Positions 29,181 to 40,028 are shown, counted from the stretch's first letter. The stretch is 64,000 bases of DNA from an uncultured Candidatus Saccharibacteria bacterium (GCA_964467385.1 CAYXQC010000001.1:71896-135895); one strand, 5' to 3'. Notes: generated by a model not told the origin, from the sequence alone. Numbers and translations: made by a program.

Positions 29181-30377
29181 ATGAATAGATTCGTATCATT
29201 TGATGCGATTGATAAGTTGCTTCAGGAAGGTGCCAACAGTGGTGTTTTCACTGAAGCAAGTGTGGCTGTGAGAGTGGGAGATGAGAAGCGATACTTTTCG
29301 TATCGAGTCATAGACGAAGGAAAAAGTAAGCAGGAAAAAATATCTTCTGGTTGTGCCAGTGGTGGCCGGCGATTGTTTGATATTGCTTCTGTGACAAAAC
29401 TTCTCGTTACACTTCTCGCTTTCAGGCTTGCCAAGCTTCCGGGAAAAGCTTTCAATTTCGGGCTTGATGATCATGTGCAAAAACACGTTGATTTCTCTGG
29501 TCCTTACGCTGATAGGTTGACCATTCGTCATCTGCTCAATTTTCACGCTGAACTTAATACATTCATGCCGAAAGAAAGTGTGGTTGATCACGAAAGTTTG
29601 ATGGAAATGCAAAAGCAAATCAAATCCGTCGGTCTGACCAAAGAACCAGGTTCTGAATTCCGGTACGCAAATTGGCAGTCAATACTTTTGGGTGAAATTT
29701 TGGAGCAAGTCTTCAAAACTCCTCTGAATGTTCTCATCAGGTCTTGGCTGCTTCGGCCACTTGGAATGACTAGTACCTGCCCTGCATTTATGCTGAATGG
29801 TCAGACTCAAAACTGTATGAAATCTCTTCACGGTTTTGATTTGGGTACAGTGAGTGATCCTGTTGCTGCTGTGGCAAATCAACACAGTAAGCTTCTTGGT
29901 TCTGCAGGTCTTTTCTCTACAACAGAAGACTTATTGGTTTTGGTTGATTTGATTCTTCAGGTGGGCAATTTCACCGCGAAGGGTACAAGGATGATCAGGC
30001 CAGAGCATGCAGATCCATATGAGTTTCTAAATTCGACTGATGTTTTGAGTCTCTTCACACCGGCGACACCGGCTCTTAGGTTTTCAACTGGTATGGGGAT
30101 TTGGAAAAATTTCATTGATGATGTTGTGGAGAAAATCTCTGAGACTTGTCATATGCCAACTCAGGTACTTAGGCAAATCAAAGGTGGATTCAAACGTGGG
30201 TATGGCGGGTGTATGTTCACGGTCTTTCCAGAGTATCAAGTCGGATTCGTTGTAGGGACTGATTTTCTCAGTCTGAAGCGCACTCCAGAAGAGCTGAAGA
30301 AGGCTCGGATTCTACTTGATCGTCTATACGCTCGTGTAGCCGAAGCGGCCATCTGTCACAAGTTGAGCTCTGCGTAG
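29181..30377 (+). CDS. serine hydrolase of beta-lactamase/PBP-like (class C) family
   Basis: SVTK (SxxK) motif near the N-terminus; 398 aa. GC is slightly elevated and AGG/AGA Arg codons are used, unlike neighbours. Confidence 0.65.
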   Translation: MNRFVSFDAIDKLLQEGANSGVFTEASVAVRVGDEKRYFSYRVIDEGKSKQEKISSGCASGGRRLFDIASVTKLLVTLLAFRLAKLPGKAFNFGLDDHVQKHVDFSGPYADRLTIRHLLNFHAELNTFMPKESVVDHESLMEMQKQIKSVGLTKEPGSEFRYANWQSILLGEILEQVFKTPLNVLIRSWLLRPLGMTSTCPAFMLNGQTQNCMKSLHGFDLGTVSDPVAAVANQHSKLLGSAGLFSTTEDLLVLVDLILQVGNFTAKGTRMIRPEHADPYEFLNSTDVLSLFTPATPALRFSTGMGIWKNFIDDVVEKISETCHMPTQVLRQIKGGFKRGYGGCMFTVFPEYQVGFVVGTDFLSLKRTPEELKKARILLDRLYARVAEAAICHKLSSA

Positions 30378-30403
30378 GAAACATTCTAGTTTGGTGTTTA
30401 CTA

Positions 30404-30460
30404 CATAAGCCCTGTCACATGTCCGATATGAGGACAGTGGCAGGGCTTTTAAACTTTTAA
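30404..30460 (+). terminator. compound hairpin terminator after the serine hydrolase gene
   Basis: gccctg...cagggc outer stem with an inner tgtcc/ggaca stem, followed by a T-rich tract. Confidence 0.45.
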
Positions 30461-30545
30461 AATTGTCACTCTGTGAGATGTCTATATAGTGTGCAATAGA
30501 TTTTCGCATTTTGCCTGAAATCTGCTATATTGCTCATACATATAT

Positions 30546-32501
30546 ATGAATCTCTTACATATTCGTAACTTCAGTATTATTGCTCATATCGATCATGGGA
30601 AGTCGACGCTTGCCGATCGAATGCTTGAACTCACGCATACAATCGAAAAGCGAAAGATGATGAATCAGGTTTTGGATAACATGGAACTTGAACGTGAAAA
30701 GGGGATTACGATCAAGATGCGGCCGGTGAAAATGCATTACAAACCTGCGGACTCATCCGAGACGTATGAGCTCAATCTGATCGACACGCCAGGTCACATT
30801 GACTTTTCGTATGAGGTATCTCGTGCACTAAAAGCGGTAGAGGGTTGTATCTTGCTTGTAGATGCAACACAAGGTGTGCAGGCGCAGACTCTAACGACGC
30901 TTGGTATGGCAAAAGATGCTGGCCTCACTATTATCCCAGTTTTGAGCAAAGTAGATTCGCCGCTTGCACGAATTGATGAGATCAAAGAAGAAATGGTTAT
31001 GCTTCTTGGTTGTAAAACTGAAGATATTATGGAGACTTCAGGAAAGACAGGACAAGGTGTAGATAAGCTTCTTCAGGAAATTATAAAAAAAGTTCCTGCA
31101 CCAGTTGAAGAAATCGAGAATTCGGGAAGTTTTCGTGGACTTGTGTTCGATTTTCAATATTCAAATCATAAAGGCGTAATCGTGTATGTGCGTGTAATGG
31201 AAGGTTCTGTTAAGAAAGGTGATGAACTTTTGTTTAAAATAGCCGGTGAAAAATTCTATGCACTTGATGTTGGAATTTTTACGCCAGATGAAGTGCCGGC
31301 AGAAAAACTCGAGGCGGGACAAACGGGATATATTGTGACAGGTATTAAGCAGCCTGGTATCGCTTCGGTAGGTGATACGATTACGCTTTTTAGAAAGCAA
31401 CTTCCTGAACTTTCTGGATATATGAGCCCTTCACCTGTTGTGTGGGCATCGGTATATCCTGAGGCAGCAGATGATTTTGAACTTTTAAAACAGGCACTTG
31501 GTAAGCTCAGACTTTCTGATTCTGCATTTTCATACGAAGAAGAATCATCAGGATCACTCGGGCGAGGTTTTCGATGTGGATTTCTTGGGCTTCTTCATTT
31601 AGAGATTATTACTGAACGGTTGAAGCGAGAGTTTAATTTAAATCTTGTAATTGCAACGCCAAGTATCACATACGAAGTGACACTGAGACGACATGGTGGT
31701 GCGCTCAATATAGGTAGCAATGGTTCAGGTGGTCCCGCAACACATAGTTTTGAAGTTGGAACAGTGAGTGGTGTACTCCCTGCCAATGGACTTGGTAATG
31801 TATACATGGGACGGATCAAGACACATGAAGACGGGCGACGAACAGTGATGATTTACTCTCCATCGATGTTTCCTGACCAGGGTTCTGTAGAAAAAGTAAG
31901 CGAACCATGGGTAAAACTCTCTATTATTACACCTGAAGAATATGTAAGTCCTGTCTATCAACTTCTCTACGATCATGAGGCTGAGCTTGCTGACACTATT
32001 ACGTTTGGTGATGGGCGATCAAAGCTCATCATCCATATGCCGCTCCGCGAATTGATGCGAAACTTTTTTGATGAATTGAAAAGTATTTCTTCTGGATATG
32101 CATCTCTGTCATATGAATTTGAAGGAATGCGTGATGCTGATGTGACACGACTTGATATCTTAGTTGCTGATGAGCCAGTTGAGGCCTTTACACGAGTGGT
32201 TGCTAAGCGAAGAGTGGATGAAGAGGCTAGAAAAGCGGTTGAAAAATTGAAAAATATTTTGCCTCGGCAACTTTTTGTGACGAAAATACAAGGCCGCGCA
32301 GATGGGCGAATTATTGCCTCTGAAACATTGTCGGCACTTCGAAAAGATGTGACAGGGTATCTTTATGGAGGCGATATTACACGAAAAATGAAACTCCTCG
32401 AAAAGCAAAAGAAAGGTAAGAAGAAAATGGCAGAACGTGGAAAAGGAAATGTAAATATTCCACATGATGTGTTTATTAAGATGATGAAAAGTGGTGAGTA
32501 G
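30546..32501 (+). CDS. lepA: elongation factor 4 (LepA)
   Basis: FSIIAHIDHGKSTLADRML G-domain and the LepA-specific C-terminal domain; 651 aa. Confidence 0.95.
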   Translation: MNLLHIRNFSIIAHIDHGKSTLADRMLELTHTIEKRKMMNQVLDNMELEREKGITIKMRPVKMHYKPADSSETYELNLIDTPGHIDFSYEVSRALKAVEGCILLVDATQGVQAQTLTTLGMAKDAGLTIIPVLSKVDSPLARIDEIKEEMVMLLGCKTEDIMETSGKTGQGVDKLLQEIIKKVPAPVEEIENSGSFRGLVFDFQYSNHKGVIVYVRVMEGSVKKGDELLFKIAGEKFYALDVGIFTPDEVPAEKLEAGQTGYIVTGIKQPGIASVGDTITLFRKQLPELSGYMSPSPVVWASVYPEAADDFELLKQALGKLRLSDSAFSYEEESSGSLGRGFRCGFLGLLHLEIITERLKREFNLNLVIATPSITYEVTLRRHGGALNIGSNGSGGPATHSFEVGTVSGVLPANGLGNVYMGRIKTHEDGRRTVMIYSPSMFPDQGSVEKVSEPWVKLSIITPEEYVSPVYQLLYDHEAELADTITFGDGRSKLIIHMPLRELMRNFFDELKSISSGYASLSYEFEGMRDADVTRLDILVADEPVEAFTRVVAKRRVDEEARKAVEKLKNILPRQLFVTKIQGRADGRIIASETLSALRKDVTGYLYGGDITRKMKLLEKQKKGKKKMAERGKGNVNIPHDVFIKMMKSGE

Positions 32502-32693
32502 TTTCGAAAATATATGTACTACGCGTAAAACTCTGCAGAGTTTTCGCTCTACTCGACTGATATTCTGCCGAATATCAGTCTTCGTAAGGTCTCTGTATTT
32601 TCTTGCTAGAAAATTATTCGTATAATTAGACTTTTCCACAATCGAGTTGAGTCTAAGGTGTGGTATTATGTAAGTAGTAAGTGCTAAGACATT

Positions 32694-35600
32694 ATGTACC
32701 AGCTTTTTTTACGTATTTTTAGATGGAGAAATGCAAATAAAGTAACCAAGATTGTTACTTTGGGTATCTTATTTAGCTTGTTAGGTACTGCGTCTTACGT
32801 GTATGCAGATTTTTATACGTGGACACAGCTTACAGATCCTTCTTTTGATACGGAGTGGCAGGCAATAGCTACTTCAGATGATGGGGCAAATGTAGTGGCG
32901 GTTCGTAAGACCGATCCTGGCGGTGCCCAGTCTGTATTTTACTCAACTAATGGAGGGGTGAATTGGACAGAATCAGTCAATAATTCTGGTAATTTTCCTG
33001 AGACATTAAAAAGTGCTGCTATGAAGGGTGATGGGACTAAAGCTATCATTGGCGGGAGTGAGGGTGTAATTTATTATTCATTGAATGGTGGGGCAAATTT
33101 TGGAGCAGCCAGTGTTCCTTCAAGAGACTGGCTTTCTCTGGTCGTGAGTCCTGCTGGTTCCTATATGTATGCAGTCGGCTACTCTCCTGGTGGTGGTAAC
33201 ATTTTCAGATCTCAAGATGGGTCCTCATGGACTGCGTTAGCGGATGCTACTGTTCCTTCTATAAATACCAACATAGGGTCAATTTCGACTGACTCTTCGG
33301 GAGAGATTGTTATCATTGCTTTGTCTGGCTTACCGTTATATCGTTCACTCGATGCTGGAAATTCCTGGTCAGCCATAAGTGGAAGTCCTTCTCGGGACAT
33401 ACCATATGTTGATGTTTCTGCCGATGGACAGACTATCGTTGTAGCTGCTGGTGGTGGTGGAGATTATATATATGTATCACATGATGCTGGGGTAACTTGG
33501 TCTACGACAATCAGTGCTCATTGGACTTCCGTATCTGTATCAAAAGGTGGTGATTTTATGGCAGCATCGACACAGGATGGTCATGTCTATACATCAACTG
33601 ACGGTGGACAGACTTGGGAAACTGAAGCGTCGTCACCCTCAAATCCTTATGGGACTGGTATAGCGATGTCGGCGAATGGACAAAAATTATTTTTAGCTAG
33701 CTCGCAGGCGTATCTATATTCTGCACTCGATACTACAGATCCTTACTTGGTGCGTGTTACGTCTAATACACCTGCTGGTTCATACAATGCTGGAGATCAG
33801 ATCGAACTCGTATTGCATTTTAATGAACCTGTTTTTAGTACTGTTCCAGGATTTATTAATTTAAATAGTGGGGGATCTTGTGAAGCTGTTGTTGATAGTG
33901 AGTCTTATCCTTATGGTCAATTAGATGTGCCGTGTATGTACACTGTTGGAGGTGGTGAAAACACACCAAATGGCGGCCCTCTCGTGGTTACTAGTACTAG
34001 TTTTGGAGGAGATTTTACTGATGGACAAGGGAATATTTTAGATGATGCCTTTACGGGCGAAAATCTTAATGTTTTCGGTAGCTACATAATTGACACAGAC
34101 GCGCCTACTTATCCTGGATCTCCTGATCTTTATAATGAACAAGATACGGGTATATCAAACACCGACAATATTGTAAGCCCATCTTTAGTCACGTACAATC
34201 CAGAGGCATACTACTTTTCAGTTTCTGGCTGTACTGATGGTGTGGACTATGTTTCATTAAAGAAGGACGGTTCTTCACTTGCTACAACAACATGCGCTGC
34301 GGATATTGCTACCTTCTTGGTCCCTACATCTGAGTTTTCTGATGGGACATTCACAGTCAGTGCAACTCAGACTGATCTTGCAGGCAATGAATCAGCTTCA
34401 AATGGCGATATACAGTTTACTGTAGATAGTGTTGCTCCTATATTGTCATCCGTAACTCCAACAAGTAGTTCGTCTATAAATAGTGTTACAGGAGAATCAT
34501 CTGATATTGCTTTCTACAGCAGTGAAGGTTTGGGTAATAATCCTTTTGATAATAATACGTATCATTCAAAAGTCACAATAACTCGGACTGGTGGAAATAT
34601 TGATACTGGCACACATACTTGTTATCTAAAGGGTGATGCTTTGACGGCCGGGTCACATACACTTGATCTGTCTGATACGACTGATGGTTGTTACGATTCT
34701 GATTATGCCCAGTATCCAAACTTACCCCTTGTTTCCGGCGCTATCTATTCATTCCTTTTTGAATTAACTGATCCTGCAGGTAATACTGGCGAATCTGTGC
34801 TAAGACAAAATGTTCTCTTTGATGACACTGCGCCTACGATTCCTGGAATACCAGATTTAGAAGATGCATTTGATTCGGGTGTGAGTAGTTCAGATAATAT
34901 TACAAACAGTACAACCCTTAATTTTACTGTCAGCTGTGAGAGCGGAAATACAGTTAGCCTGTATGACGAAGATGATAATATTATTGATACAGATGATTGC
35001 GAGGGGGGCATAGCTTATGTAGGTGGAAGTGGTTTTTCAGATGGTACTCATGACTTTTATGCAACCCAGACTGATCTTGCGGGAAATGAATCTGAAAGTT
35101 CTGGAACAAACAATGTTACTGTGGATACGGTGAATGGTTACTCTAGTCCTTTAAGTGCTCCAAATTTGTCTGCAAGTAGTGACTCCGGTATTTCTAATAG
35201 CGATAATATTACAAACGAATCAACTTTAGTATTTTCTGGTGGAGATGCTGGATGTCTAGGATATGCGTACTTATATCTAGATGGTGTCAGAATCGACAAT
35301 GACCTCTGTGTAGGTGAGACCTACAGTATCTCATATGATGTTTTCGAATTGTCTGAGGGTGAACATACTTTTACTGTTAGATATGGAGATGATGCAGGAA
35401 ATACATCGTCTGATTCTCCTCAACTTGCAGTTATATATGACGTAGGGTCTCCTGATGCTCCGGGTACACCTGATCTCACATCAGGTTCAGACTCGGGTAC
35501 ATCTTCAACTGACAATATAACAAATGCTACACAACCTGTAATCACTGTCTCTTGTCTTACTAACACGTATGTTACATTGAAAGACAGTGGTTCTGATCTG

Positions 35601-36860
35601 ATCACTAATCCATGTATCAGTGGTGCGGCTAGTTTCCAACCAACATTAACCGGAGGAACTCATACTTTTTATGCAACTCAACAGGATCTTGCTGGAAACG
35701 AGTCATCCAATTCAGATAGTCTAGCTGTCGTGATTGATACTACTACCCCTACAACTTCTGGTGCTCCTGATCTCGGAGATAGTTCTGATACTGGATTTTC
35801 ACCAACCGACGACAACACAAACGATACAACACCTACTTTTACAGGATCATGTACAACTGGAAATGCAGTTACTTTGTATTCAAGTGCAACGTCGATCGGT
35901 ACTGCCACTTGTGAAAGTTCAACTTTTACAATCACCGCATCTGCATTAACTGCTGGAACAAAGACAATTACATTTAAAGAAACTGATGTAGCTGGAAATG
36001 AATCCTCAACATCAAGTAGTCTCACTATTACTATAAAAACATCTGCACCAACCGCTTCTCTTTCTAGTGCGTCAGCTGGAACGGTAGATGCTAACTTCAG
36101 TGCAACACTTACTGCGTCTGAAGCGATCACTGGTTTTGCACTCGGAGACATTACAGCTACAAATGCGACACTTTCTAATCTCGCATCTGTAAATTCATCT
36201 ACATATACATTTACTGTAACACCGCTTGCTAACGGCGCACTTACATTAATGCTTGAAGATTCAACAGTGTCTGATATTTTTGGAAATCTAAACGCTATTG
36301 ATTCAAATATCTTGAATCGAACAGTTGAGCTCTCATCAGATGAAGGGGGTGATACTGGTGGAGGTGGGAGTGGAAATACAGAGCCAATTGCCGGACCAAC
36401 CGGAGGGGGATCAACAATGAGTCAATTCTCAATGCCAATTGGATTCCCTGGATCTATACCTCTTCAAAATTCTACTCAATCAACCACTAAGACAGAAACA
36501 GGAAATACACAAAAGCTGTCGCAGCAAAGTGGTCTACTTGTAAACAAAGCGGCATTTACTAATACTGGAGGCAAACCGTATCAATTCTCTCGAGTACTAA
36601 ATACAGTGTCACCGCAAGGGGTTGATGTGCGCAAACTTCAAGTCTTTCTAAATTCAACAGGGTTTACTATCGCAAAGTCTGGTGCAGGTTCATTCGGTCG
36701 CGAGACAAATAAGTTTGGTGCTGCCACAAAAAATGCCCTTATCAAGTTCCAAAAGGCTGTGGGTATTACTCCTGCAACTGGTGTGTTTGGTCCAAAGACT
36801 CGTGATTATGTAAATAAACTTCTCCGAACACTTGTGGGTCCTTCAACCAAGTCTCCATAA
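32694..36860 (+). CDS. giant cell-surface protein: BNR/Asp-box beta-propeller-like N-terminus + multiple bacterial Ig-like repeats + C-terminal peptidoglycan-binding domain
   Basis: Signal/TM, then repeated SxDxGxTW motifs (STNGGVNWTE, SLDAGNSWSA, SHDAGVTWST, STDGGQTWET). At least 5 repeats end in TQTDLAGNES. C-terminus LQVFLN...GVFGPKTRDYV is PG_binding_1-like. Confidence 0.75.
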   Translation: MYQLFLRIFRWRNANKVTKIVTLGILFSLLGTASYVYADFYTWTQLTDPSFDTEWQAIATSDDGANVVAVRKTDPGGAQSVFYSTNGGVNWTESVNNSGNFPETLKSAAMKGDGTKAIIGGSEGVIYYSLNGGANFGAASVPSRDWLSLVVSPAGSYMYAVGYSPGGGNIFRSQDGSSWTALADATVPSINTNIGSISTDSSGEIVIIALSGLPLYRSLDAGNSWSAISGSPSRDIPYVDVSADGQTIVVAAGGGGDYIYVSHDAGVTWSTTISAHWTSVSVSKGGDFMAASTQDGHVYTSTDGGQTWETEASSPSNPYGTGIAMSANGQKLFLASSQAYLYSALDTTDPYLVRVTSNTPAGSYNAGDQIELVLHFNEPVFSTVPGFINLNSGGSCEAVVDSESYPYGQLDVPCMYTVGGGENTPNGGPLVVTSTSFGGDFTDGQGNILDDAFTGENLNVFGSYIIDTDAPTYPGSPDLYNEQDTGISNTDNIVSPSLVTYNPEAYYFSVSGCTDGVDYVSLKKDGSSLATTTCAADIATFLVPTSEFSDGTFTVSATQTDLAGNESASNGDIQFTVDSVAPILSSVTPTSSSSINSVTGESSDIAFYSSEGLGNNPFDNNTYHSKVTITRTGGNIDTGTHTCYLKGDALTAGSHTLDLSDTTDGCYDSDYAQYPNLPLVSGAIYSFLFELTDPAGNTGESVLRQNVLFDDTAPTIPGIPDLEDAFDSGVSSSDNITNSTTLNFTVSCESGNTVSLYDEDDNIIDTDDCEGGIAYVGGSGFSDGTHDFYATQTDLAGNESESSGTNNVTVDTVNGYSSPLSAPNLSASSDSGISNSDNITNESTLVFSGGDAGCLGYAYLYLDGVRIDNDLCVGETYSISYDVFELSEGEHTFTVRYGDDAGNTSSDSPQLAVIYDVGSPDAPGTPDLTSGSDSGTSSTDNITNATQPVITVSCLTNTYVTLKDSGSDLITNPCISGAASFQPTLTGGTHTFYATQQDLAGNESSNSDSLAVVIDTTTPTTSGAPDLGDSSDTGFSPTDDNTNDTTPTFTGSCTTGNAVTLYSSATSIGTATCESSTFTITASALTAGTKTITFKETDVAGNESSTSSSLTITIKTSAPTASLSSASAGTVDANFSATLTASEAITGFALGDITATNATLSNLASVNSSTYTFTVTPLANGALTLMLEDSTVSDIFGNLNAIDSNILNRTVELSSDEGGDTGGGGSGNTEPIAGPTGGGSTMSQFSMPIGFPGSIPLQNSTQSTTKTETGNTQKLSQQSGLLVNKAAFTNTGGKPYQFSRVLNTVSPQGVDVRKLQVFLNSTGFTIAKSGAGSFGRETNKFGAATKNALIKFQKAVGITPATGVFGPKTRDYVNKLLRTLVGPSTKSP

Positions 36861-36879
36861 TATTACTTCTATAAATAGC

Positions 36880-38697
36880 ATGAATATAATTGTTGCGTTT
36901 ATTGGAATACTCTTGTTACTCGCACCATTTTTCCTCGTCTTAATTTTTCCGAATAAAAGACAAGGATTCTTAACTATTGCATCTGGGGTTGGTATGTTTC
37001 ATCTGCTGCTCGGTTTGATTGCGGGTACACTTGGCATTTTCACATATGGTGTTATTTTTTTAGTAAATTTAGTTACTGCTAGCATTGTGTTGTATGTGAC
37101 GTACAAATATTTGGTTAGAACATATTCTCTGCAAAAAATTAGAGTGGATATCCGCCAGTATATTCGAGAACATGGCAGTATGTATATGAGTCGATATTGG
37201 TTTATTGCTTTGGTGTGCCTTTTTTTGATCGGAGGACTTCTCTCGATCCATTTTTATTACACTGGTCCGGCAGATATTGGTGGATCTTTAGTACAACTTT
37301 CAAAAGATTCATATGCATATCCGTTTTATTCAGATGAGTGGGTAGGAGCATCGCTTGTGAACTACAGTATTGATTCTGGTAAGTTACCTCTAGTCAATCC
37401 GCTTTATAAAAATCAGCCATTTACAAATTTTCTATTCTTGGCGCATGTTCTGATCGCCGAAATGATGCTTTTATTCGGTCTGAATGCATTCACGGGGTAT
37501 GTTTTTCTTGCGGTGGGTAATACAACCCTATTGTGTCTTGCTGTATATTTTGGATTAAGATTTCTAAGTGTCGGTCGTTCAGTTGCTATTTTATCTTCTG
37601 TTTTCCCAATACTTATTACAAATAGTGGCAATCTTCCTAGTACTTGGTCATTGTTGCCTTATTCGGTGTCACTGATGTTTTTATGCTGGTCAATCGTTGG
37701 GTATATTGCTAGAAATCGTGTGGCGCATTACTTGAATCTTCTAATAGCACTACTATTGTATCCTCCAATGATTGTGTTTGTTGCTCCAATTCTATGTGTT
37801 TCATCTTGGCAAAAAATTTCAAACAGACGCATGCTTCTGATCGTATGTGGAATCATTGCAGTACTAGGCTCTTTGGCTCTGTGGGTTGGACATGGGTATA
37901 TAATTCGTAACCCGCTTGATGAAGGGAGGACATACTATGCTCTTTGGAATGTAATGCCATTCTTTGTACTATTTTTTATCGCTGTCGGCTGCATTGAAAC
38001 ATATAGAAGGGAACTATATATCTTGATGGCACCTATTATTGTTGGTATCTTTTTCTGGATTTTATATACGTTTATTTCGAAAGTTATCATTATCGAGCCG
38101 GCTCGAATAGTGGTTATAACATCAGTACTTTTGATGTTTGTTGCAGGACTCGGACTTCATCTGTTTGCCGGGTTTATCGTGCGCGAGGTTGTTACTCATC
38201 CAATTCATACACTTCTGTTTAAGATAGTCAGTATTGTATTCTTAGCATTTTGGATGCTTCATCTGTCACGATTTGGTCTGTGGCACAAGTTGAAACTTGT
38301 GATTCAGTATCAGGGTCAGACGATGTATTTGATTCCTGCTCCGCCCGTGACTAGGTACCTCAATCCTGATGACATAAAGTTGTTTGCTCCGTACACTGGT
38401 GTTGCTACGAGTACTGAGTTTGGTGCTGGTAAAATCTTCATTGCTCCTCCTTGGAAAGGTTTGGTAGTTGGCACAATTACTGGTAATTATCCTCTGGAGT
38501 CAAAATCTTCCACAATCACTAACCGTTTTCTTGTGTACGATGCATTTATGAAGGCAGATTGTATAGAGAAAAATAAACTAGTGAAGAAATTCAAGATTGA
38601 TTTAGTATACAGTTCGAGGTTTGATTGTGAAGGTTTTGACCTACTTGGTAGTAGCTCAGAACATCTATACCTGTTTAGAACATCTCTACCTTTTTAG
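36880..38697 (+). CDS. polytopic membrane protein, possible GT-C-type glycosyltransferase
   Basis: At least 12 TM helices with an SDEW motif in an early loop. Start was moved to the internal MNIIVAF to avoid overlap with the upstream ORF. No firm family assignment. Confidence 0.5.
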   Translation: MNIIVAFIGILLLLAPFFLVLIFPNKRQGFLTIASGVGMFHLLLGLIAGTLGIFTYGVIFLVNLVTASIVLYVTYKYLVRTYSLQKIRVDIRQYIREHGSMYMSRYWFIALVCLFLIGGLLSIHFYYTGPADIGGSLVQLSKDSYAYPFYSDEWVGASLVNYSIDSGKLPLVNPLYKNQPFTNFLFLAHVLIAEMMLLFGLNAFTGYVFLAVGNTTLLCLAVYFGLRFLSVGRSVAILSSVFPILITNSGNLPSTWSLLPYSVSLMFLCWSIVGYIARNRVAHYLNLLIALLLYPPMIVFVAPILCVSSWQKISNRRMLLIVCGIIAVLGSLALWVGHGYIIRNPLDEGRTYYALWNVMPFFVLFFIAVGCIETYRRELYILMAPIIVGIFFWILYTFISKVIIIEPARIVVITSVLLMFVAGLGLHLFAGFIVREVVTHPIHTLLFKIVSIVFLAFWMLHLSRFGLWHKLKLVIQYQGQTMYLIPAPPVTRYLNPDDIKLFAPYTGVATSTEFGAGKIFIAPPWKGLVVGTITGNYPLESKSSTITNRFLVYDAFMKADCIEKNKLVKKFKIDLVYSSRFDCEGFDLLGSSSEHLYLFRTSLPF

Positions 38698-38904
38698 GGA
38701 GCGTTAGGCTAAAACTGTGACAGTGCAGGGATATAAAGTGCAATCATTGAGATAGCGATCAAGATACAAAGTGCACCCCAAATAAAGTTGATCTTCTTTT
38801 TGTGTCGTGGGTCGAATAACATAATGTTCATATAGTATCAAATGGTATACTGGGTGCAAGTTATTGGTGCCGAATCTTGGCACAAAGCTGATATAAAAAC
38901 CGGT

Positions 38905-39306
38905 ATGCGCGAATTTCAAGAAAAAAGAATTACAAAAAAAAGGATTTATTCTCGATGGGCTATTCTTACTCTATTGCTCTTATTTTCCATCTCTATAAAA
39001 GGCATGATAGGTGCATATTCAAAAGTAGAGGAGAGCCGGGCTGAAGTTGAGCGTGTTCAGAAAGCAAAAAACGATTTACAGAAAAGATATGAGGTTATAA
39101 ATAGTCAGAGTGATCTTTTGAAGAGTGATATTGGTGTTGAGACTGAGATTCGGAGCAAATTTGATGTGGTAAAAGAAGGTGAAGGAGTGATTGTGGTGGT
39201 AGAGAAAGATATACCTGCGATTCAGGAAGATAAACGAGGTGTTCTAAGAAAGTTCTGGGACGGTGTTAAGGGTAGTGTGAGAGGGGTTTTCAGTCCGGCT
39301 ATTTAG
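38905..39306 (+). CDS. septum formation initiator (FtsB/DivIC-like)
   Basis: Short cytoplasmic N-terminus, single TM, then a coiled coil (RAEVERVQKAKNDLQKRYEVINSQ) and a beta-rich tail. The ORF track's start at 38842 is probably over-extended. Confidence 0.55.
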   Translation: MREFQEKRITKKRIYSRWAILTLLLLFSISIKGMIGAYSKVEESRAEVERVQKAKNDLQKRYEVINSQSDLLKSDIGVETEIRSKFDVVKEGEGVIVVVEKDIPAIQEDKRGVLRKFWDGVKGSVRGVFSPAI

Positions 39307-39322
39307 GGTATAATGATCAATT

Positions 39323-39595
39323 ATGACTATAAAAATATACAGCACGCCAGCTTGTACGTATTGCAAAATGGCCAAGGATTTTCTAACGAGCCACAATGTT
39401 CCTTTTGTGGATGTTGATGTTTCAGCAGATCCAAAGGAGCGGGAGGAGATGGTGGAAAAAAGTGGCCAGCTCGGGGTGCCCGTATTCGATATCGATGGAC
39501 AGATTATGGTAGGTTACAACGAACAACTTCTTACAAAAGTTGTAGGTATTGGTCAGCCAAAGGTTGAAGCTAAAGTTGAAGCAACAGAAGCATAA
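39323..39595 (+). CDS. glutaredoxin-like protein
   Basis: CTYC active site in a thioredoxin fold ([16 protein letters not shown]). Confidence 0.8.
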   Translation: MTIKIYSTPACTYCKMAKDFLTSHNVPFVDVDVSADPKEREEMVEKSGQLGVPVFDIDGQIMVGYNEQLLTKVVGIGQPKVEAKVEATEA

Positions 39596-39614
39596 GTTGA
39601 ATCAGAAGAAATAT

Positions 39615-40028
39615 ATGAATAAATTACACATAACAATTATTGTAATAATCGGGCTTCTTATTGGAGCGACTGCGATTTATTACGGAAAACCAATTATGAA
39701 CGACACAAACTCACAGATGACAACGGAAAACGGCGATACAGTATACGTACATTACACAGGTAAACTCACTGATGGTACAAAATTCGACAGCTCACTCGAT
39801 CGAGGTCAGCCATTTGGATTTGTCCTCGGAGCGGGTATGGTGATCAAGGGTTGGGATGAAGGCGTACTTGGTATGTCGAAAGGTGAGAAGAAGACACTTA
39901 CAATCGCACCAGAAAAAGGGTACGGTGCAGCAGGTGTACCAAATGGACAGGGTGGATATATCATCCCTCCGAACTCGACTCTTGTATTCGATGTAGAAGT
40001 TGTTGATATTAAGAAAGCGGTGAATTAG
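39615..40028 (+). CDS. FKBP-type peptidyl-prolyl cis-trans isomerase with N-terminal TM anchor
   Basis: [21 protein letters not shown]...[21 protein letters not shown] is the FKBP domain. Internal start MNKLHIT chosen. Confidence 0.85.
   Translation: MNKLHITIIVIIGLLIGATAIYYGKPIMNDTNSQMTTENGDTVYVHYTGKLTDGTKFDSSLDRGQPFGFVLGAGMVIKGWDEGVLGMSKGEKKTLTIAPEKGYGAAGVPNGQGGYIIPPNSTLVFDVEVVDIKKAVN

Noticed and set aside
36832-36879. ORF-track start of the polytopic membrane protein at 36832, overlapping the giant surface protein by 29 nt
   Set aside because: The internal Met at 36880 (MNIIVAF...) begins the first TM helix and removes the overlap. The upstream 16 codons are probably not translated.
38709-38831. 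41-codon minus-strand ORF MNIMLFDPRHKKKINFIWGALCILIAISMIALYIPALSQF (single-TM micro-protein) between the polytopic membrane protein gene and ftsB
   Set aside because: It is plausible as a small membrane protein, but it is short, lacks a clear RBS, and has no family I can recognise. It is not listed as a feature without support from conservation.
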